Shown here in pieces: positions 9,934-20,014 of a stretch of DNA of 64,000 nt. Below the pieces are notes generated by a model. That model was not told the DNA's origin, ran no database searches, and saw only the letters and a list, made by a program, of their open reading frames with translations. Position numbers and translations under genes: made by a program. This DNA comes from Bacillota bacterium (GTDB lineage Bacteria; Bacillota_I; Bacilli_A; ML615J-28; CAG-698). The stretch covers positions 12,050 to 76,049 of the forward strand of contig JAEYQM010000061.1 in NCBI GenBank assembly GCA_023410025.1, in the 5' to 3' direction. Every line of letters begins with the position of its first letter. Position 1 is the stretch's first letter.

Positions 9934-10833
9934 ATGTCAGTAATTTCTAAAAAACAATTACTAGAAGCAGGAGTTCATTTCGGTCATAATACTCGCCGTT
10001 GGAATCCTAAAATGAAAGAGTATATTTACGAAGAAAGAAATGGTATTTATATCATTGACTTAACAAAAACAGAAAAGTATGTAGAAGATGCATATAAAGC
10101 ATTATACACTATTGCTCAAAACAATGGACGTGTAATCTTCGTTGGTACTCGTAAACAAACTCAAGATGTTATAAAAGAAGAAGCAATTCGTTCAGGTCAA
10201 TACTATGTTGATCAACGTTGGTTAGGTGGAACTCTTACTAACTTCAAAACAATCAGAAAGAGCGTTGCAAGATTAGTTAAGATTGAAGAAATGGAAGAAA
10301 CAGGAGTATTCGATGTTTTACCTAAAAAAGAAGTTATTCTTTTAAAGAAAGAAAAAGAAAAATTAGAAAAATACTTTAGTGGAATTAGAGAAATGAGAGA
10401 ACTTCCAGATGCAATGTTCGTAGTTGATCCTAAGACTGAACACAATGCAGTTGCTGAAGCTCGTAAATTAAATATACCTGTATTTGCATTAGTAGATACA
10501 AACTGTGATCCAGATGAAGTTGATTATGTAATCCCTGGAAATGACGACGCAATTAGAAGCGTTAAATTAATTGTTGCTACAATGGCTAACGCAGTTGTTG
10601 AAGCAAATGGTGGAACTCCAATCACTATTGAATTTACAGAAGAAATGACTCAAGAAGATAAAAAATCTCAAAACAATAATAGAAACAGACGTGGAAATAA
10701 TAGAGATAATAGAGACAATAGAGATAGAGATTACAAAGGCAATAATAATAACAAACCAAAAAGACCTTACAAGAATACTGATAAAGTAGAAGTTACTAAA
10801 GTTGCTCCAAAGCAACCTGTTGAAACAAAGTAA
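9934..10833 (+). CDS. rpsB: 30S ribosomal protein S2 (with basic low-complexity C-terminal extension)
   Basis: Start at ATG 9934 (RBS GGAGGA) gives [27 protein letters not shown], the canonical S2 N-terminus. The track start at 9871 is a spurious extension. Confidence 0.95.
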   Translation: MSVISKKQLLEAGVHFGHNTRRWNPKMKEYIYEERNGIYIIDLTKTEKYVEDAYKALYTIAQNNGRVIFVGTRKQTQDVIKEEAIRSGQYYVDQRWLGGTLTNFKTIRKSVARLVKIEEMEETGVFDVLPKKEVILLKKEKEKLEKYFSGIREMRELPDAMFVVDPKTEHNAVAEARKLNIPVFALVDTNCDPDEVDYVIPGNDDAIRSVKLIVATMANAVVEANGGTPITIEFTEEMTQEDKKSQNNNRNRRGNNRDNRDNRDRDYKGNNNNKPKRPYKNTDKVEVTKVAPKQPVETK

Positions 10834-10852
10834 CTCATAAGGAGGATATATA

Positions 10853-11725
10853 ATGATTAGTGCACAATTAGTAAAAGAATTACGTGAAATTACTGGCGCT
10901 GGTATGATGGATTGCAAAAAAGCTTTAACTGAAACAAATGGTGATATTGAAGCTGCAATCACATGGTTACGTGAAAAAGGTATTTCAAAGGCTGCAAAAA
11001 AAGCTGATCGTATTGCTGCTGAAGGAGCATGTGCTGTTTTAGTAAAAGGTAATAAAGCTGTTGTTTATGAATTAAACAGTGAAACAGATTTCGTAGCTAA
11101 AAATGAAAACTTTATAAATGTTGTAAGTGAAGTAGGTAACTTAATTGTTAATAGCAATGCTACAAATACTGAAGAAGCTTTACAAATCAATGCAAACGGA
11201 GTAAAAATTGAAGATGTAATTATCGCTGCTACAGCTAAAATCGGCGAAAAAATTTCTCTTCGTAGAGTAAATGTTGTTAATAAAACAGATTCTCAATCTT
11301 TCGGTGCATATTCTCATATGGGTGGAAAAATTGTTGTTCTTACAGTTCTTGAAGGAGCAAACGAAGAAATTGCAAAAGATGTAGCAATGCATGTTGCAGC
11401 TATGAAACCATTATACTTAGATATGTCTGAAGTATCAGAAGAAGAAATTCAAAAAGAAAGAGAAATTGCAAAACAACAATCTCTTAACGAAGGCAAACCA
11501 TTAAATATTGTTGAAAAAATGATAGATGGTAGAGTTAATAAATATTTTAAAGAAATTTGTCTTGTAAATCAACCATTTGTTAAGAACCCTGATCAAACAG
11601 TTGAACAATATGTTAAGGCAAATAACGGCAAAATTGTTAAATTTTTGCGCCTTGAAGTTGGAGAAGGAATCGAAAAGAAAAAAGACGATTTTGTTGCAGA
11701 AGTAATGAAAGCTGTAAACAACTAA
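10853..11725 (+). CDS. tsf: elongation factor Ts
   Basis: The N-terminal UBA-like signature [20 protein letters not shown] is present. RBS AAGGAGG. rpsB-tsf synteny. Confidence 0.95.
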   Translation: MISAQLVKELREITGAGMMDCKKALTETNGDIEAAITWLREKGISKAAKKADRIAAEGACAVLVKGNKAVVYELNSETDFVAKNENFINVVSEVGNLIVNSNATNTEEALQINANGVKIEDVIIAATAKIGEKISLRRVNVVNKTDSQSFGAYSHMGGKIVVLTVLEGANEEIAKDVAMHVAAMKPLYLDMSEVSEEEIQKEREIAKQQSLNEGKPLNIVEKMIDGRVNKYFKEICLVNQPFVKNPDQTVEQYVKANNGKIVKFLRLEVGEGIEKKKDDFVAEVMKAVNN

Positions 11726-11730
11726 CAAAT

Positions 11731-11760
11731 AAAGGCACAAAATTAAATGTGCCTTTTTAT
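11731..11760 (+). terminator. rho-independent terminator after tsf
   Basis: AAAGGCACA / 8-nt loop / TGTGCCTTT followed by T-run. Confidence 0.75.
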
Positions 11761-11786
11761 TTAAAATACGAAAGGGGTCTAAAATC

Positions 11787-12503
11787 TTGAAACGAATTGT
11801 ATTGAAAATTAGTGGCGAGGCACTTGCATATGATAATTCAAAAGGAATTGATCATAGAAAGGTAAATAACATCGCTAAAGAAATTAAAGCTTTACATGAT
11901 TTAGGTGATATAGAATTATGTGTGGTTGTTGGTGCAGGAAATATTTGGAGAGGTAGAGACGCAGAAGATAGTGGAATGGATCGTTCTAGTGCAGATTACA
12001 TGGGAATGATTGCAACAATATTAAATGCTCTAGCTATTCAAAATTCATTAGAAGCATTAGGTCTTGAAACAAGAACTATGACTTCCCTTGCAATTCCAAG
12101 TGTTGCTGAACCTTACATTAGACGTAAAGCACTTAGTCACTTAGATAAAGGATTGATAATCATCTTTGGTGGTGGAAATGGAATTCCTTTCTTCTCTACT
12201 GATACAACAGCAGCTTTAAGAAGTGCTGAACTAGGAAGTAAACTAATACTTATGGCTAAAAATGGTGTAGACGGTGTTTATGATTCGGACCCAAGAAGTA
12301 ATCCAAATGCGAAAAAGTACACAAAACTTACGCATAAGGAAGTTATTGAAAAACATTTAAATGTTATGGATTTAACAGCAGCAACTTTATGCCTTGAAAA
12401 TGATATTGACATCGTAGTATTTGATATGAATGTTCAAGGAAATATAAGAAAAGCGGCAATTGACCCTTCAATTGGAACGCTAATAACAAATAAAAAGGAG
12501 TAA
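11787..12503 (+). CDS. pyrH: UMP kinase
   Basis: TTG start with RBS AAAGGGG. Motifs VLKISGEAL and VVGAGNIWRG are present. Confidence 0.9.
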   Translation: MKRIVLKISGEALAYDNSKGIDHRKVNNIAKEIKALHDLGDIELCVVVGAGNIWRGRDAEDSGMDRSSADYMGMIATILNALAIQNSLEALGLETRTMTSLAIPSVAEPYIRRKALSHLDKGLIIIFGGGNGIPFFSTDTTAALRSAELGSKLILMAKNGVDGVYDSDPRSNPNAKKYTKLTHKEVIEKHLNVMDLTAATLCLENDIDIVVFDMNVQGNIRKAAIDPSIGTLITNKKE

Positions 12504-12508
12504 TTAAT

Positions 12509-13066
12509 ATGCCACAAACAATTATCGCTACATGCGAGCAAAGAATGGAAAAAGCTGTTGAGGCTTTAGTTAAAGAATTTGCTTTAATCAGAACAAGTAG
12601 AGCAAATCCTGCAGTATTAAATTCTGTTCAAGTATCATATTATGGGGCTTTAACGCCATTAAACCAAATTGCACAAATTTCTGTTCCTGAACCACAAATA
12701 TTAATGATTAAACCATTTGATAAATCAATCTTAAAAGAAGTTGAAAAAGCTATTCAAATGGCTGACTTAAATTTAGTTCCTCAAAATGATGGAAGTGTTG
12801 TTAGAATTGTATTTCCAGCATTAACAGAAGCTAGAAGAAAAGAACTTGTTAAAGATGTGAAGTCAAAGGCAGAAAATGCTAAAGTTGCAGTTCGTAACAT
12901 CAGAAGAGATGCAGTTGATCAACTTAAAAAGTTAGAAAAAGACAGTTTAATTACTGAAGATGATCTAAAAAAGAAAACTGATGAAGTTCAAAAAATAACT
13001 GATAAATTCATTGATAAAATGGATGTACTTGCTAAAGATAAAGATAAGAGTATAATGGAGATTTAA
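12509..13066 (+). CDS. frr: ribosome recycling factor
   Basis: The 185-aa product contains MEKAVEALVKEFALIRTSRANPAVL...VRNIRRDA, typical of RRF. pyrH-frr synteny. Confidence 0.95.
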   Translation: MPQTIIATCEQRMEKAVEALVKEFALIRTSRANPAVLNSVQVSYYGALTPLNQIAQISVPEPQILMIKPFDKSILKEVEKAIQMADLNLVPQNDGSVVRIVFPALTEARRKELVKDVKSKAENAKVAVRNIRRDAVDQLKKLEKDSLITEDDLKKKTDEVQKITDKFIDKMDVLAKDKDKSIMEI

Positions 13067-13095
13067 GAGTGTGAGGATTTCTTCATACTCTTTTA
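13065..13095 (+). terminator. possible terminator/attenuator between frr and uppS
   Basis: AAGAGTGTGAG / GATTTC / TTCATACTCTT forms an 11-bp stem with two G-U pairs, but the T-run is short. Confidence 0.4.
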
Positions 13096-13137
13096 ACTAT
13101 ATTTTAAGGTTCGTTTGATAAAATTTAGGAGTAAAAC

Positions 13138-13827
13138 ATGGAAACTAATTATTTACCACATCATGTTGCCATTATTATGGATGGTAATGGTAGGTGGGCT
13201 CAAAAACGAGGCTTACCAAGGAACTTTGGACATAAAAAAGGTGCTCAAAGATTAATTAATATTGTTAAGTATGCAAACAAACTAAATATTAAATATTTAA
13301 CTGTATTTGCCTTTTCAACAGAGAATTGGAAAAGACCTGAACAGGAAGTTAATTATTTAATGAAACTACCTTTTGAGTTTTTAAATAAACTTGAAAGTGA
13401 GTTTAATAAATTGGATATTAAAATTAGTATTGTTGGTTTTAAAGAAAATCTTCCTATTGATGTTGTTAATAAAATTAATGAAATTGAAGAAAAAACTAAA
13501 AATAATAATGGTTTACACTTTAATGTTGCATTTAATTATGGCAGCCAAGATGAAATAATTAATACGGTTAATTATTTAGTAGATAATAATATTAAGGTAA
13601 ATAAGGAAAACTTTAGTCAATATTTATTAACTAAAGAGCTTCCAGATGTTGATTTTTTAATCAGAACAAGTGGGGAATTCCGTTTAAGTAATTTTTTATT
13701 ATGGCAAATAGCATATAGTGAATTATACTTTACAGATACCTTATGGCCTGATTTTTCCAACAAACATTTTGATAAAGCATTAGATGAATATAGGAAACGA
13801 GATCGTCGTTTCGGAGGACTAAAGTGA
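13138..13827 (+). CDS. uppS: isoprenyl transferase (undecaprenyl diphosphate synthase)
   Basis: Motifs HVAIIMDGNGRWA and a C-terminal RFGG are present. Confidence 0.9.
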   Translation: METNYLPHHVAIIMDGNGRWAQKRGLPRNFGHKKGAQRLINIVKYANKLNIKYLTVFAFSTENWKRPEQEVNYLMKLPFEFLNKLESEFNKLDIKISIVGFKENLPIDVVNKINEIEEKTKNNNGLHFNVAFNYGSQDEIINTVNYLVDNNIKVNKENFSQYLLTKELPDVDFLIRTSGEFRLSNFLLWQIAYSELYFTDTLWPDFSNKHFDKALDEYRKRDRRFGGLK

Positions 13828-14729
13828 AAAAAAGAATAATTACAGGTGCTGTTTTAGTTGCAATATTTGTTCCAGCTGTTTATTTTGGTGGCATATTTTT
13901 TCTAACATTAGGCATTTTATTAAGTATGATCGCCTCATTTGAAATGATGAATATGTTATATACAAAAGGTCCAGCTATTAAAAAAATAAGGTTTTTAGTA
14001 CCAGTTTTATCTGGGATTATTGTTTTTTTATCTTATAATGCATCAATTCACTTTCCAGAAAAGATGATTTATCATTTTTGGGTTGTATCGTTTTTTGTGG
14101 CTTCTATAATACTAATACTAACGATACTTATATTTACTAAAGGATCAACTGCAGGTGATATGATGGGTAGTGTTATGACTTTAGTATATTGTGGCTTAAT
14201 AATGAGCTATGTTATAAGCATTATGTATATGAAACCAATTAGTAATGTTGATTATATAAATAATAATATATTAGGTGGAAGAAGTTTTGCTTACTTAATT
14301 GCAATTGTTGCAACAACAGATACAGCGGCATACTTTTTTGGATCAAAATTTGGTAAACGCCGTTTAGCTCCCGAGATTAGCCCAAAAAAATCAGTTGAGG
14401 GTGCTATTGCTGGTTTAATATGTGGATCAATAATAGGTGTTTTATGTGCCTTTTTATTCCAAATTATTACTTTTGCAAATGATGTTTCTTTATTTAAAAA
14501 ACTAAATGTAATTGCTGTAGTATTTGTAATTTCACTATTACTTTCAGCAAGTGTACAAATTGGAGATCTAGTTGCATCAAAGTTAAAAAGAAGTTATGAA
14601 ATTAAAGACTTTGGTAATATCTTCCCGGGACATGGGGGAGTACTTGACCGCTTTGATTCATTGATTTTTGCTGGTGCTGTATATTATGTATTTGTTCAAT
14701 TTGTTCAATTAGTTATATTAGGGGCATAA
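13824..14729 (+). CDS. cdsA: phosphatidate cytidylyltransferase
   Basis: Polytopic membrane protein with the C-terminal signature SKLKRSYEIKDFGNIFPGHGGVLDRFDS. GTG start overlaps the uppS stop. Confidence 0.9.
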   Translation: MKKRIITGAVLVAIFVPAVYFGGIFFLTLGILLSMIASFEMMNMLYTKGPAIKKIRFLVPVLSGIIVFLSYNASIHFPEKMIYHFWVVSFFVASIILILTILIFTKGSTAGDMMGSVMTLVYCGLIMSYVISIMYMKPISNVDYINNNILGGRSFAYLIAIVATTDTAAYFFGSKFGKRRLAPEISPKKSVEGAIAGLICGSIIGVLCAFLFQIITFANDVSLFKKLNVIAVVFVISLLLSASVQIGDLVASKLKRSYEIKDFGNIFPGHGGVLDRFDSLIFAGAVYYVFVQFVQLVILGA

Positions 14730-14731
14730 GT

Positions 14732-15874
14732 ATGAATATATATTTACTTGGAGCGACAGGTTCAATTGGAACACAAGTTCTAGAAGTAATAAAAGGAAAT
14801 AATTATAGAGTAAAATCGATTAGTGTTGGTAAAAATATTAAAAGAGCAATTGAAATAATTAATGAATTTAATCCTGAATTTGTAAGTTGTATTAATCAAT
14901 TAGATATGATTAATCTTATAAATATGTATCCAAATATAAAGTTTGGTTATGGAGACAAAGGTTTAGTTGATGCAGCAACTTATTCAGATGAAGAAGGATT
15001 TTTAATAAACGCTGTAGTTGGTGTTGCTGGTTTAATCCCAACAATTGAAGCTATTAAAAAAGGTAGAAATATTTTACTAGCTAATAAAGAAACTTTGGTT
15101 GTCGGTGGAGAAATTGTTACTAAACTAGCAAAAGATAATAATGTTAAGTTATTCCCAATTGACAGTGAACATAGTGCTATTCTACAATCTCTACAAGGCT
15201 ATAATAAAGATGATATAAATAAAATCATTATTACAGCAAGTGGGGGAACATTTAGAAATAGAACTAGAGAACAACTAATTAATGTAAGTGTTGAAGAAAC
15301 TCTAAAACATCCTAACTGGTCAATGGGTAAAAAAATTACCATTGATTCAGCAACAATGGTTAATAAAGGTTTAGAAGTAATTGAAGCACATTATTTGTTT
15401 GATATTGATTATGATAAAATAGAAACAATTATTCATAAAGAAAGTATTATTCATTCAATGGTCGAATATAAAGATAAGACTGTTATCGCTCAATTATCTG
15501 TTCCTGATATGAAAATACCAATTCAATATGCTCTAACATACCCTAGAAAATTAGATATAAATAATTTTGAAACTTTAAATCTATTAAAAGTAAAAAGTCT
15601 TACATTTGAAGAAATGAATTTTGATAGATTTCCTTTAATTAGACTTGCTTACCATGTTGGAAAAGTTGGGGGCTTATTACCTACAGTATATAATGCAAGT
15701 AATGAAGTCGCAGTTGATTTATTTATAAGAGGGAAAATAGAATTTCTTGAAATCGAAACTATTATATTTAATGCAGTTGGTGAAGTTATTAATATTCAAA
15801 ATCCATCAATTGATGATATAATAAAAACAGATAAAATTGTGAGAGAAAAGATTATACGAAAGTATGATTCATAG
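14732..15874 (+). CDS. dxr: 1-deoxy-D-xylulose 5-phosphate reductoisomerase
   Basis: Motifs LLGATGSIGTQ, LANKETLV, DSEHSAI and NKGLEVIEA are present. Confidence 0.9.
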   Translation: MNIYLLGATGSIGTQVLEVIKGNNYRVKSISVGKNIKRAIEIINEFNPEFVSCINQLDMINLINMYPNIKFGYGDKGLVDAATYSDEEGFLINAVVGVAGLIPTIEAIKKGRNILLANKETLVVGGEIVTKLAKDNNVKLFPIDSEHSAILQSLQGYNKDDINKIIITASGGTFRNRTREQLINVSVEETLKHPNWSMGKKITIDSATMVNKGLEVIEAHYLFDIDYDKIETIIHKESIIHSMVEYKDKTVIAQLSVPDMKIPIQYALTYPRKLDINNFETLNLLKVKSLTFEEMNFDRFPLIRLAYHVGKVGGLLPTVYNASNEVAVDLFIRGKIEFLEIETIIFNAVGEVINIQNPSIDDIIKTDKIVREKIIRKYDS

Positions 15875-15888
15875 AAAGGAATGAATTT

Positions 15889-17487
15889 ATGGATGCTTTA
15901 ATAGGAATTATTGCGTTTCTATTTGTATTGGGATTAATTGTCGTTATTCATGAGTTTGGACATTTTATATTTGCTAGAAGAGTAAATATTTTGTGTCGCG
16001 AATTTGCTTTTGGTATGGGTCCACTTGTTTATAAAAAGAAAAAAGGAGAAACTCTATATTCAATTAGAGCTCTACCTATTGGTGGATTTTGTGCAATAGC
16101 AGGTGAAGAAGTTGAAAATAATCCACTCGCTAATTTACAAACAATTCGAGTAGATATGGAAAATGACGTCATTAAAAAAATATATGTCGACCCAAAGAAT
16201 ACTGTTTTTAATGATAAAAAAGAATATAAATTAATTAGCTATGAATTATTTGATGAAAAAAATACTGGTGATTTATTCATGGTATTAGAATCTAATGGAG
16301 AGGAAATTAAATATGCAGTTGACCCACAAGCTATGTTTGTACTTGCTAAGACTGAATATCAAATTGCTCCATATAATAGAACAATTGGTTCAAAAAGAAA
16401 AAGAGATAGAGCTTTAGTAATTTTTGGTGGACCATTAATGAACTTTCTATTAGCAATAGTTGTATTCTTTATTGCTGGTTTAATTACTGGATTTCCTGAT
16501 CCTAATACTAAAACTTTAGGTGTGGTAACTGAGGATACACCTTCATACCATGCGGGTTTAAGGGAAAATGATCAAATAATTTCTTTAAAAAATGGTGATT
16601 TATTTGTAGAAATAGAAAAATGGAGTGATGTATCAAACTTCATGTCTAAATATACAAATGGAAATTATAATGGAAAAATCTCTGTTACGTATTTACGTGA
16701 TGGAAAACAATTTGAGACACTAGTAAATCCACAGATTGCTATCTATTCAGCGGGCATATTTAGTGACTTTAAAAAAGATGGTGTATTTATATTATCTGCA
16801 TCAGGAAAAGCCAGTGTTGCTGGTCTTGTTGAAGGTGATGAAATTATTAGAGTTAATGGTGTTATGGTATCTTCATGGAAAGAAGTGTACACAACATTTG
16901 CAAATAATCTAAATGGTGATGAAGTAAATTTAGAAATATTACGTAAAGGTGATATTAAAGAAATTACTGTTAAGCCATATTCTAAAAATGTAATGGACTC
17001 ACAAAAGTCTTTATCTGGTGATATTGTACCGATTGCAAAACTTGCAATTGGTGTATCGCAAGAATACAAATTCAGTTTACCAAAGAGCGTTAGTTATTCA
17101 TTTAGCCAAACTTTTTCATCAGCTGGATTAGTATTTAAAACATTTAAATTATTACTTTCAAAGAATAATAATGAAGTGGGTGTTGATGATTTATCTAGTT
17201 TCCTAGGAATTTATCAATTATCAAAAAGTGTGGCTATAAACATTGGATTTGTTGGATTATTAAATTTAATTGGTTTATTAAGTGTCAATGTAGGTTTATT
17301 AAACTTATTACCTATTCCAGCACTTGATGGTGGAAGATTAGTATTTATAGGATATGAAGCTATTACTAAGAAAAAACCAAACCCAAAAGTAGAAACAATA
17401 CTAATTACAGTAACAATGTTTATACTATTTGCTTTTATGATTTTTGCGTTTTATAATGATATATTGAGAATGATCGGAGTGAAATAA
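15889..17487 (+). CDS. rseP: RIP metalloprotease RseP/RasP (site-2 protease, PDZ domains)
   Basis: HEFGHF zinc motif in TM1, PDZ-like central region, and a C-terminal LLNLLPIPALDGG motif. At 532 aa it is longer than the usual ~420. Confidence 0.9.
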   Translation: MDALIGIIAFLFVLGLIVVIHEFGHFIFARRVNILCREFAFGMGPLVYKKKKGETLYSIRALPIGGFCAIAGEEVENNPLANLQTIRVDMENDVIKKIYVDPKNTVFNDKKEYKLISYELFDEKNTGDLFMVLESNGEEIKYAVDPQAMFVLAKTEYQIAPYNRTIGSKRKRDRALVIFGGPLMNFLLAIVVFFIAGLITGFPDPNTKTLGVVTEDTPSYHAGLRENDQIISLKNGDLFVEIEKWSDVSNFMSKYTNGNYNGKISVTYLRDGKQFETLVNPQIAIYSAGIFSDFKKDGVFILSASGKASVAGLVEGDEIIRVNGVMVSSWKEVYTTFANNLNGDEVNLEILRKGDIKEITVKPYSKNVMDSQKSLSGDIVPIAKLAIGVSQEYKFSLPKSVSYSFSQTFSSAGLVFKTFKLLLSKNNNEVGVDDLSSFLGIYQLSKSVAINIGFVGLLNLIGLLSVNVGLLNLLPIPALDGGRLVFIGYEAITKKKPNPKVETILITVTMFILFAFMIFAFYNDILRMIGVK

Positions 17488-17488
17488 T

Positions 17489-18733
17489 TTGAAACAAAGT
17501 TTATTATTTGTTCCAACTTTAAGAGAGATGCCTAAAGATGCTGAAATAGCAAGTCATAAGATATTACTTAAAGGTGGATATGTAAAACAACATGCAGCAG
17601 GAATATATTCATATCTTCCACTTGCATATCGTGTAATTAAGAAGATTGAAAAAATAGTTAGAGAAGAACTAGATAAAATTGGATGTAGTGAACTTCTAAT
17701 GCCAGCATTACAACCTAAAGATTTATGGATTGAATCTGGACGTTGGGAAGTTTATGGAAAAGAATTAATGAGATTGACAGATCGTCATGAACGTGAATTT
17801 GCTTTGGGGCCTACTCATGAAGAAGTAATAACAGCAATCACACGTGACCATCTAAATAGCTATAAAAAATTACCAGTTGCCTTATATCAAATTCAAACTA
17901 AATTTAGAGATGAATTTAGACCAAGATTTGGTTTAATGCGTGGTCGTGAATTTATCATGAAGGACTTATATACTTTCCATGTAAATGAAGAAGATTTAGA
18001 TGTTTGGTACGCCAAAGTTAGAAATGCATATATTAACATTCTTGATCGTTTAGGATTAAAATATCGTATAGTTGGTGCTGCTAGTGGTCAAATTGGTGGT
18101 TCATCAAGTGAAGAATTTATGGTACTTTGTGATATTGGCGAAGACTTAATTGCTTATAGTGATTCAAGTGATTTTGCAAACAATGTTGAACTTTGCAACT
18201 TAAATGTTGGTGATCCTTCTCCTGATGGTAAAGGAACAATCAAACATGCAAAGGGTATTGAAGTTGGACATATTTTTAAACTTGGAACTAAATACTCTCA
18301 ACCAATGAAACTAAATTTTGTTGATATTGATGGACAAAAGAAACCTGTAGTAATGGGGTGCTACGGTATTGGTATTAGTAGATTACTTATGGCTATTCTT
18401 GAACAACACAATGTTGATTTAAAAGTTACTTGGCCAAAAGAAGTATCTCCATTTGCAATTCATGTTTTACCATTAGATAAACCAGATACATTGGGTTATA
18501 ATGAAGCAGTTAAGTTATATGAAGGTTTAATGAACTCTGGTTATGAAGTTTTACTTGATGATCGTAGTGAAACTGCTGGTGTTAAATTTAATGATGCTGA
18601 TTTAATAGGTTGTAAATATCGTTTAGTTGTTGGTAAAAAAATCTCTGAAGGTCTTGTTGAAATTAAAAACATTGAAACAGACTCAACAGATTTAATCAAT
18701 GTATCTGAAGTATTAAACTATAAATTTATTTAA
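17489..18733 (+). CDS. proS: proline--tRNA ligase, bacterial type but lacking the INS editing domain
   Basis: TTG start. Motif 2 is FRDEFRPRFGLMRGREFIMKDLYTF and motif 3 is GCYGIGISRLL. Only ~128 aa separate them, and total length is 414 aa. Confidence 0.9.
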   Translation: MKQSLLFVPTLREMPKDAEIASHKILLKGGYVKQHAAGIYSYLPLAYRVIKKIEKIVREELDKIGCSELLMPALQPKDLWIESGRWEVYGKELMRLTDRHEREFALGPTHEEVITAITRDHLNSYKKLPVALYQIQTKFRDEFRPRFGLMRGREFIMKDLYTFHVNEEDLDVWYAKVRNAYINILDRLGLKYRIVGAASGQIGGSSSEEFMVLCDIGEDLIAYSDSSDFANNVELCNLNVGDPSPDGKGTIKHAKGIEVGHIFKLGTKYSQPMKLNFVDIDGQKKPVVMGCYGIGISRLLMAILEQHNVDLKVTWPKEVSPFAIHVLPLDKPDTLGYNEAVKLYEGLMNSGYEVLLDDRSETAGVKFNDADLIGCKYRLVVGKKISEGLVEIKNIETDSTDLINVSEVLNYKFI

Positions 18734-18738
18734 ATTTG

Positions 18739-18747
18739 TGGTATAAT
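18739..18747 (+). promoter_or_regulatory. extended -10 element upstream of nagA
   Basis: TGGTATAAT lies 29 nt upstream of the nagA ATG. The -35 is poor. Confidence 0.4.
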
Positions 18748-18775
18748 TATTATATAGGATACGAGGAGATATAAA

Positions 18776-19921
18776 ATGATAAAGGGATATAATCAATCTA
18801 ATATTTATGTGGAAGGTTTAGGAATTGTCAAAAAGACAATTAAAATTAAAAATGGAAAGATTGCTGAAATCACTGATGAAGTAGATAGCAGTCTACCAAC
18901 ACTAGATGAAAAACTAATTGTTGTACCTGGATTTATTGATAAACATATCCATGGAGCAAATCATTCTGATGGTATGTATGATACTGAAGAAGATATCTTA
19001 AACATTGCAAAGACAATTGCTCAAGAAGGTGTATCATCTTTCTTAGTTACAACAATGACTCAAACTAAAGAAAAAATTACAGCTGCTCTAGCAAATATTA
19101 AAAACTATATTGAAGCAGATAAAACAGAAGGTGCCCAAGCAATTGGTATACATTTAGAAGGACCATTCATTTGTACGAAATTCAAAGGTGCCCAAGTTGA
19201 AGAATGTATCGTACCTTGTGATGTTGAAACATTTAAGTATTATCAAGAAGTAAGTGGACATAATATTAAACAAGTAACCTTAGCATATGAAGAAAATGGT
19301 AAAGAACTTGTAAAATACTTAAAGGAAACTAATGTAGTTGCAAGTATTGGTCATACTAATGCAACAAGTGAAGAAGCATTTGAAGGGTTTGAAATGGGAA
19401 TTACTAGTGCAACCCATACTTACAATGCGATGAGAGGAATCCATCACCGTGAAGTTGGTACACTTGGAGCAGTTCTATTAGCAGACAATGTATATGCCGA
19501 ATTAATTCCAGACTTAATCCATGTTTCAGGAAATGCAATTAAGTTATTATTTAAATGTAAAGGTAAAGATCAAGTTATTGCTATTACTGATGGTATAGAA
19601 TCAAAACATTTACCTGAAGGAATGTATCATTTAGGTGGTCAAGAAGTATTTGTTAAGAATGGTGAAGCTCGTCTACATGATGGAACATTAGCTGGATCAA
19701 CATTATACATGAATGTTGGATTACATAATTTAAAAAATGTTATGAAATTAACAGTTGAAGAAACTGTCGATTTAGCAACTAAAAACCCCGCAATTAACTT
19801 AGGTATATATGATATAAAAGGAAGTATTGCAGTAGGAAAAGATGCCGACCTTGCCGTTATTGATGAAGACTTCAATGTTTACGCAACTATTAACCGAGGA
19901 AATGTAATTTTTAATAAATGA
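18776..19921 (+). CDS. nagA: N-acetylglucosamine-6-phosphate deacetylase
   Basis: Motifs PGFIDKHIHG, HLEGPF and ATHTYNAM are present. Size is 381 aa. Confidence 0.9.
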   Translation: MIKGYNQSNIYVEGLGIVKKTIKIKNGKIAEITDEVDSSLPTLDEKLIVVPGFIDKHIHGANHSDGMYDTEEDILNIAKTIAQEGVSSFLVTTMTQTKEKITAALANIKNYIEADKTEGAQAIGIHLEGPFICTKFKGAQVEECIVPCDVETFKYYQEVSGHNIKQVTLAYEENGKELVKYLKETNVVASIGHTNATSEEAFEGFEMGITSATHTYNAMRGIHHREVGTLGAVLLADNVYAELIPDLIHVSGNAIKLLFKCKGKDQVIAITDGIESKHLPEGMYHLGGQEVFVKNGEARLHDGTLAGSTLYMNVGLHNLKNVMKLTVEETVDLATKNPAINLGIYDIKGSIAVGKDADLAVIDEDFNVYATINRGNVIFNK

Positions 19922-19929
19922 AACATATA

Positions 19930-19957
19930 ACTTATAGCTAAATGCTATGAGTTTTTT
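19930..19957 (+). terminator. rho-independent terminator after nagA
   Basis: ACTTATAGC / TAAAT / GCTATGAGT followed by T6. Confidence 0.6.
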
Positions 19958-19985
19958 ATTTAGTGTTTTAAATAAATCTAATTTA

Positions 19986-19994
19986 TGGTATAAT
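19986..19994 (+). promoter_or_regulatory. extended -10 element upstream of the GHL10 gene
   Basis: TGGTATAAT lies 21 nt upstream of ATG 20015. Confidence 0.4.
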
Positions 19995-20014
19995 AAATAT
20001 AAATAGGAGGAATT

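Noticed and set aside
10567-10962. 131-aa minus-strand ORF antisense to the rpsB/tsf junction.
   Set aside because: It lies antisense to highly conserved ribosomal genes, has a low-complexity I/S/F-rich translation and has no RBS. This is a typical shadow ORF in A+T-rich DNA.
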